Positions 63,045 through 64,000 of a DNA stretch of 64,000 nucleotides are shown here, one piece after another. The notes beneath the pieces were generated by a model, which made no database searches, was not told the DNA's origin, and was given only the letters and a program-made list of their open reading frames with translations. A program made the translations under genes and the position numbers. The stretch covers positions 832,001 through 896,000 of the forward strand of contig CBDCJO010000002.1 in NCBI GenBank assembly GCA_965217865.1, written 5' to 3'. Every line of letters begins with the position of its first letter. Positions within the stretch are counted from its first letter, which is position 1. Origin of the DNA: Candidatus Latescibacterota bacterium (lineage in GTDB: Bacteria; Latescibacterota; UBA2968; SICM01).

Positions 63045-64000
63045 ATGGCTAGGCCTACGGCTTCCATCATCATCAGGACCCGGAATGAAGAACGCTGGAT
63101 CACCCCTTGTCTTCGGGCTGTCTTCGAGCAGTCATTCTCGGACTTCGAGGTGATTCTGGTCGATAACTACAGCACGGATTCAACGGTGCGCAAGGCCGAG
63201 CAGTTTGGGGTTAGAACGATTCCGGTAGATGAATACCGACCCGGCAAAGCACTTAATGCTGGGATACACGCCGCAGGTGGACAATATCTGGTCTTCCTCT
63301 CGGCCCATTGCATTCCGACGGGTTCGGATTGGCTTTGCCGAATGATCGGTGGCTTTGAGGACGATCGAATCGTAGGGGTTTATGGCAGGCAGCAGCCTAT
63401 GATTTTCAGTTCGCCCGAGGATAAACGGGATCTGTTGATCACCTTTGGCCTGGATCGCCGCATCCAGGAACGAGACCCCTTCTTTCATAATGCCAATAGC
63501 GCCATCCGTCGGGACATCTGGGAGACCTGTCCTTTTGACGAGACGGCATCAAATATTGAAGATAGGATGTGGGCGGAGGAAGTCCTGGCGCGGGGTTTCC
63601 GTATTCTATATGAGCCAGAGGCGTCCGTTTACCACCATCACGGTATTCACCAGAGAGGCGATCAGGAGCGGGCTCGGACAACGGTCCAGGTCTTGGAACG
63701 CCTTCACGGGAAGAATGCTTCATATCGAGCAGGGTTTCTGGAGCTTGAGAAACTACAGATCATTGCGATTGTGCCAATCCGTGGACAGGGTCTTTTGGAA
63801 AACGGGAGTCCTGTACTGAGGCACACCCTTGATGCAGCTTCCTCTTCCCGATATATCAGAGATACGTTTGTACTTACCGATGATGAACGCACTGCCAATT
63901 ATGCCGAATCACACGGAGCGACCATTCCATTCCTACGAGATTCGAAATACTCAAAAGACGACGTATACCTGAACTCGGTATACGCTTACGGCATCCGGCG
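63045..64000 (+). CDS. GT2 glycosyltransferase fused to a cytidylyltransferase-like domain (runs off window end)
   Basis: Manual translation MARPTASIIIRTRNEERWI...VDNYSTD...FHNANSAIRR...IEDRMW...IIAIVPIRG...VLTDD...IPFLR; not in the ORF track because there is no stop. Confidence 0.85.
   Translation, partial: MARPTASIIIRTRNEERWITPCLRAVFEQSFSDFEVILVDNYSTDSTVRKAEQFGVRTIPVDEYRPGKALNAGIHAAGGQYLVFLSAHCIPTGSDWLCRMIGGFEDDRIVGVYGRQQPMIFSSPEDKRDLLITFGLDRRIQERDPFFHNANSAIRRDIWETCPFDETASNIEDRMWAEEVLARGFRILYEPEASVYHHHGIHQRGDQERARTTVQVLERLHGKNASYRAGFLELEKLQIIAIVPIRGQGLLENGSPVLRHTLDAASSSRYIRDTFVLTDDERTANYAESHGATIPFLRDSKYSKDDVYLNSVYAYGIR

Overview
Bacterial chromosomal window. FCB/Latescibacterota-like affiliation is only a guess from gene content. 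Bases 1-11.9 kb are mostly housekeeping: ftsK 5' part, a VWA/GATase-like membrane protein, tsaD, a DGGGP-synthase-like UbiA prenyltransferase, HU/IHF, a CheY-like receiver, ligA and tRNA-Ala(GGC). Two accessory insertions interrupt this block. One is three copies of a miniature IS200/RAYT-derived palindromic element whose transposase has collapsed to a 17-aa peptide. The other is an AT-rich integrase-less integron-like island with two tandem promoter+attI-like modules, each followed by its own cassette gene, and one clear attC. From 12 kb to the end lies a large, mosaic and partly decayed surface-glycan locus: Wzz-like, CapD-like, MarR-EPS regulator, epimerases, two AsnB amidotransferases, many methyltransferases, PseC/PseH-like, UDP-sulfoquinovose synthase, Wzm/Wzt, NeuB and several cytidylyltransferases. 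This locus holds four near-identical 1527-bp IS5/IS1182-like elements, an IS1595 element, a transposase-free IS1595-ended cassette carrying an unknown gene, and a four-helix-bundle (IVS/Avd-like) gene bracketed by inverted 7-bp-period repeat arrays. The best candidates for undescribed biology are the duplicated solo attI platforms, the heptamer-array/four-helix-bundle module and the IS1595-ended passenger cassette. All calls come from reading the sequence; no searches were run.
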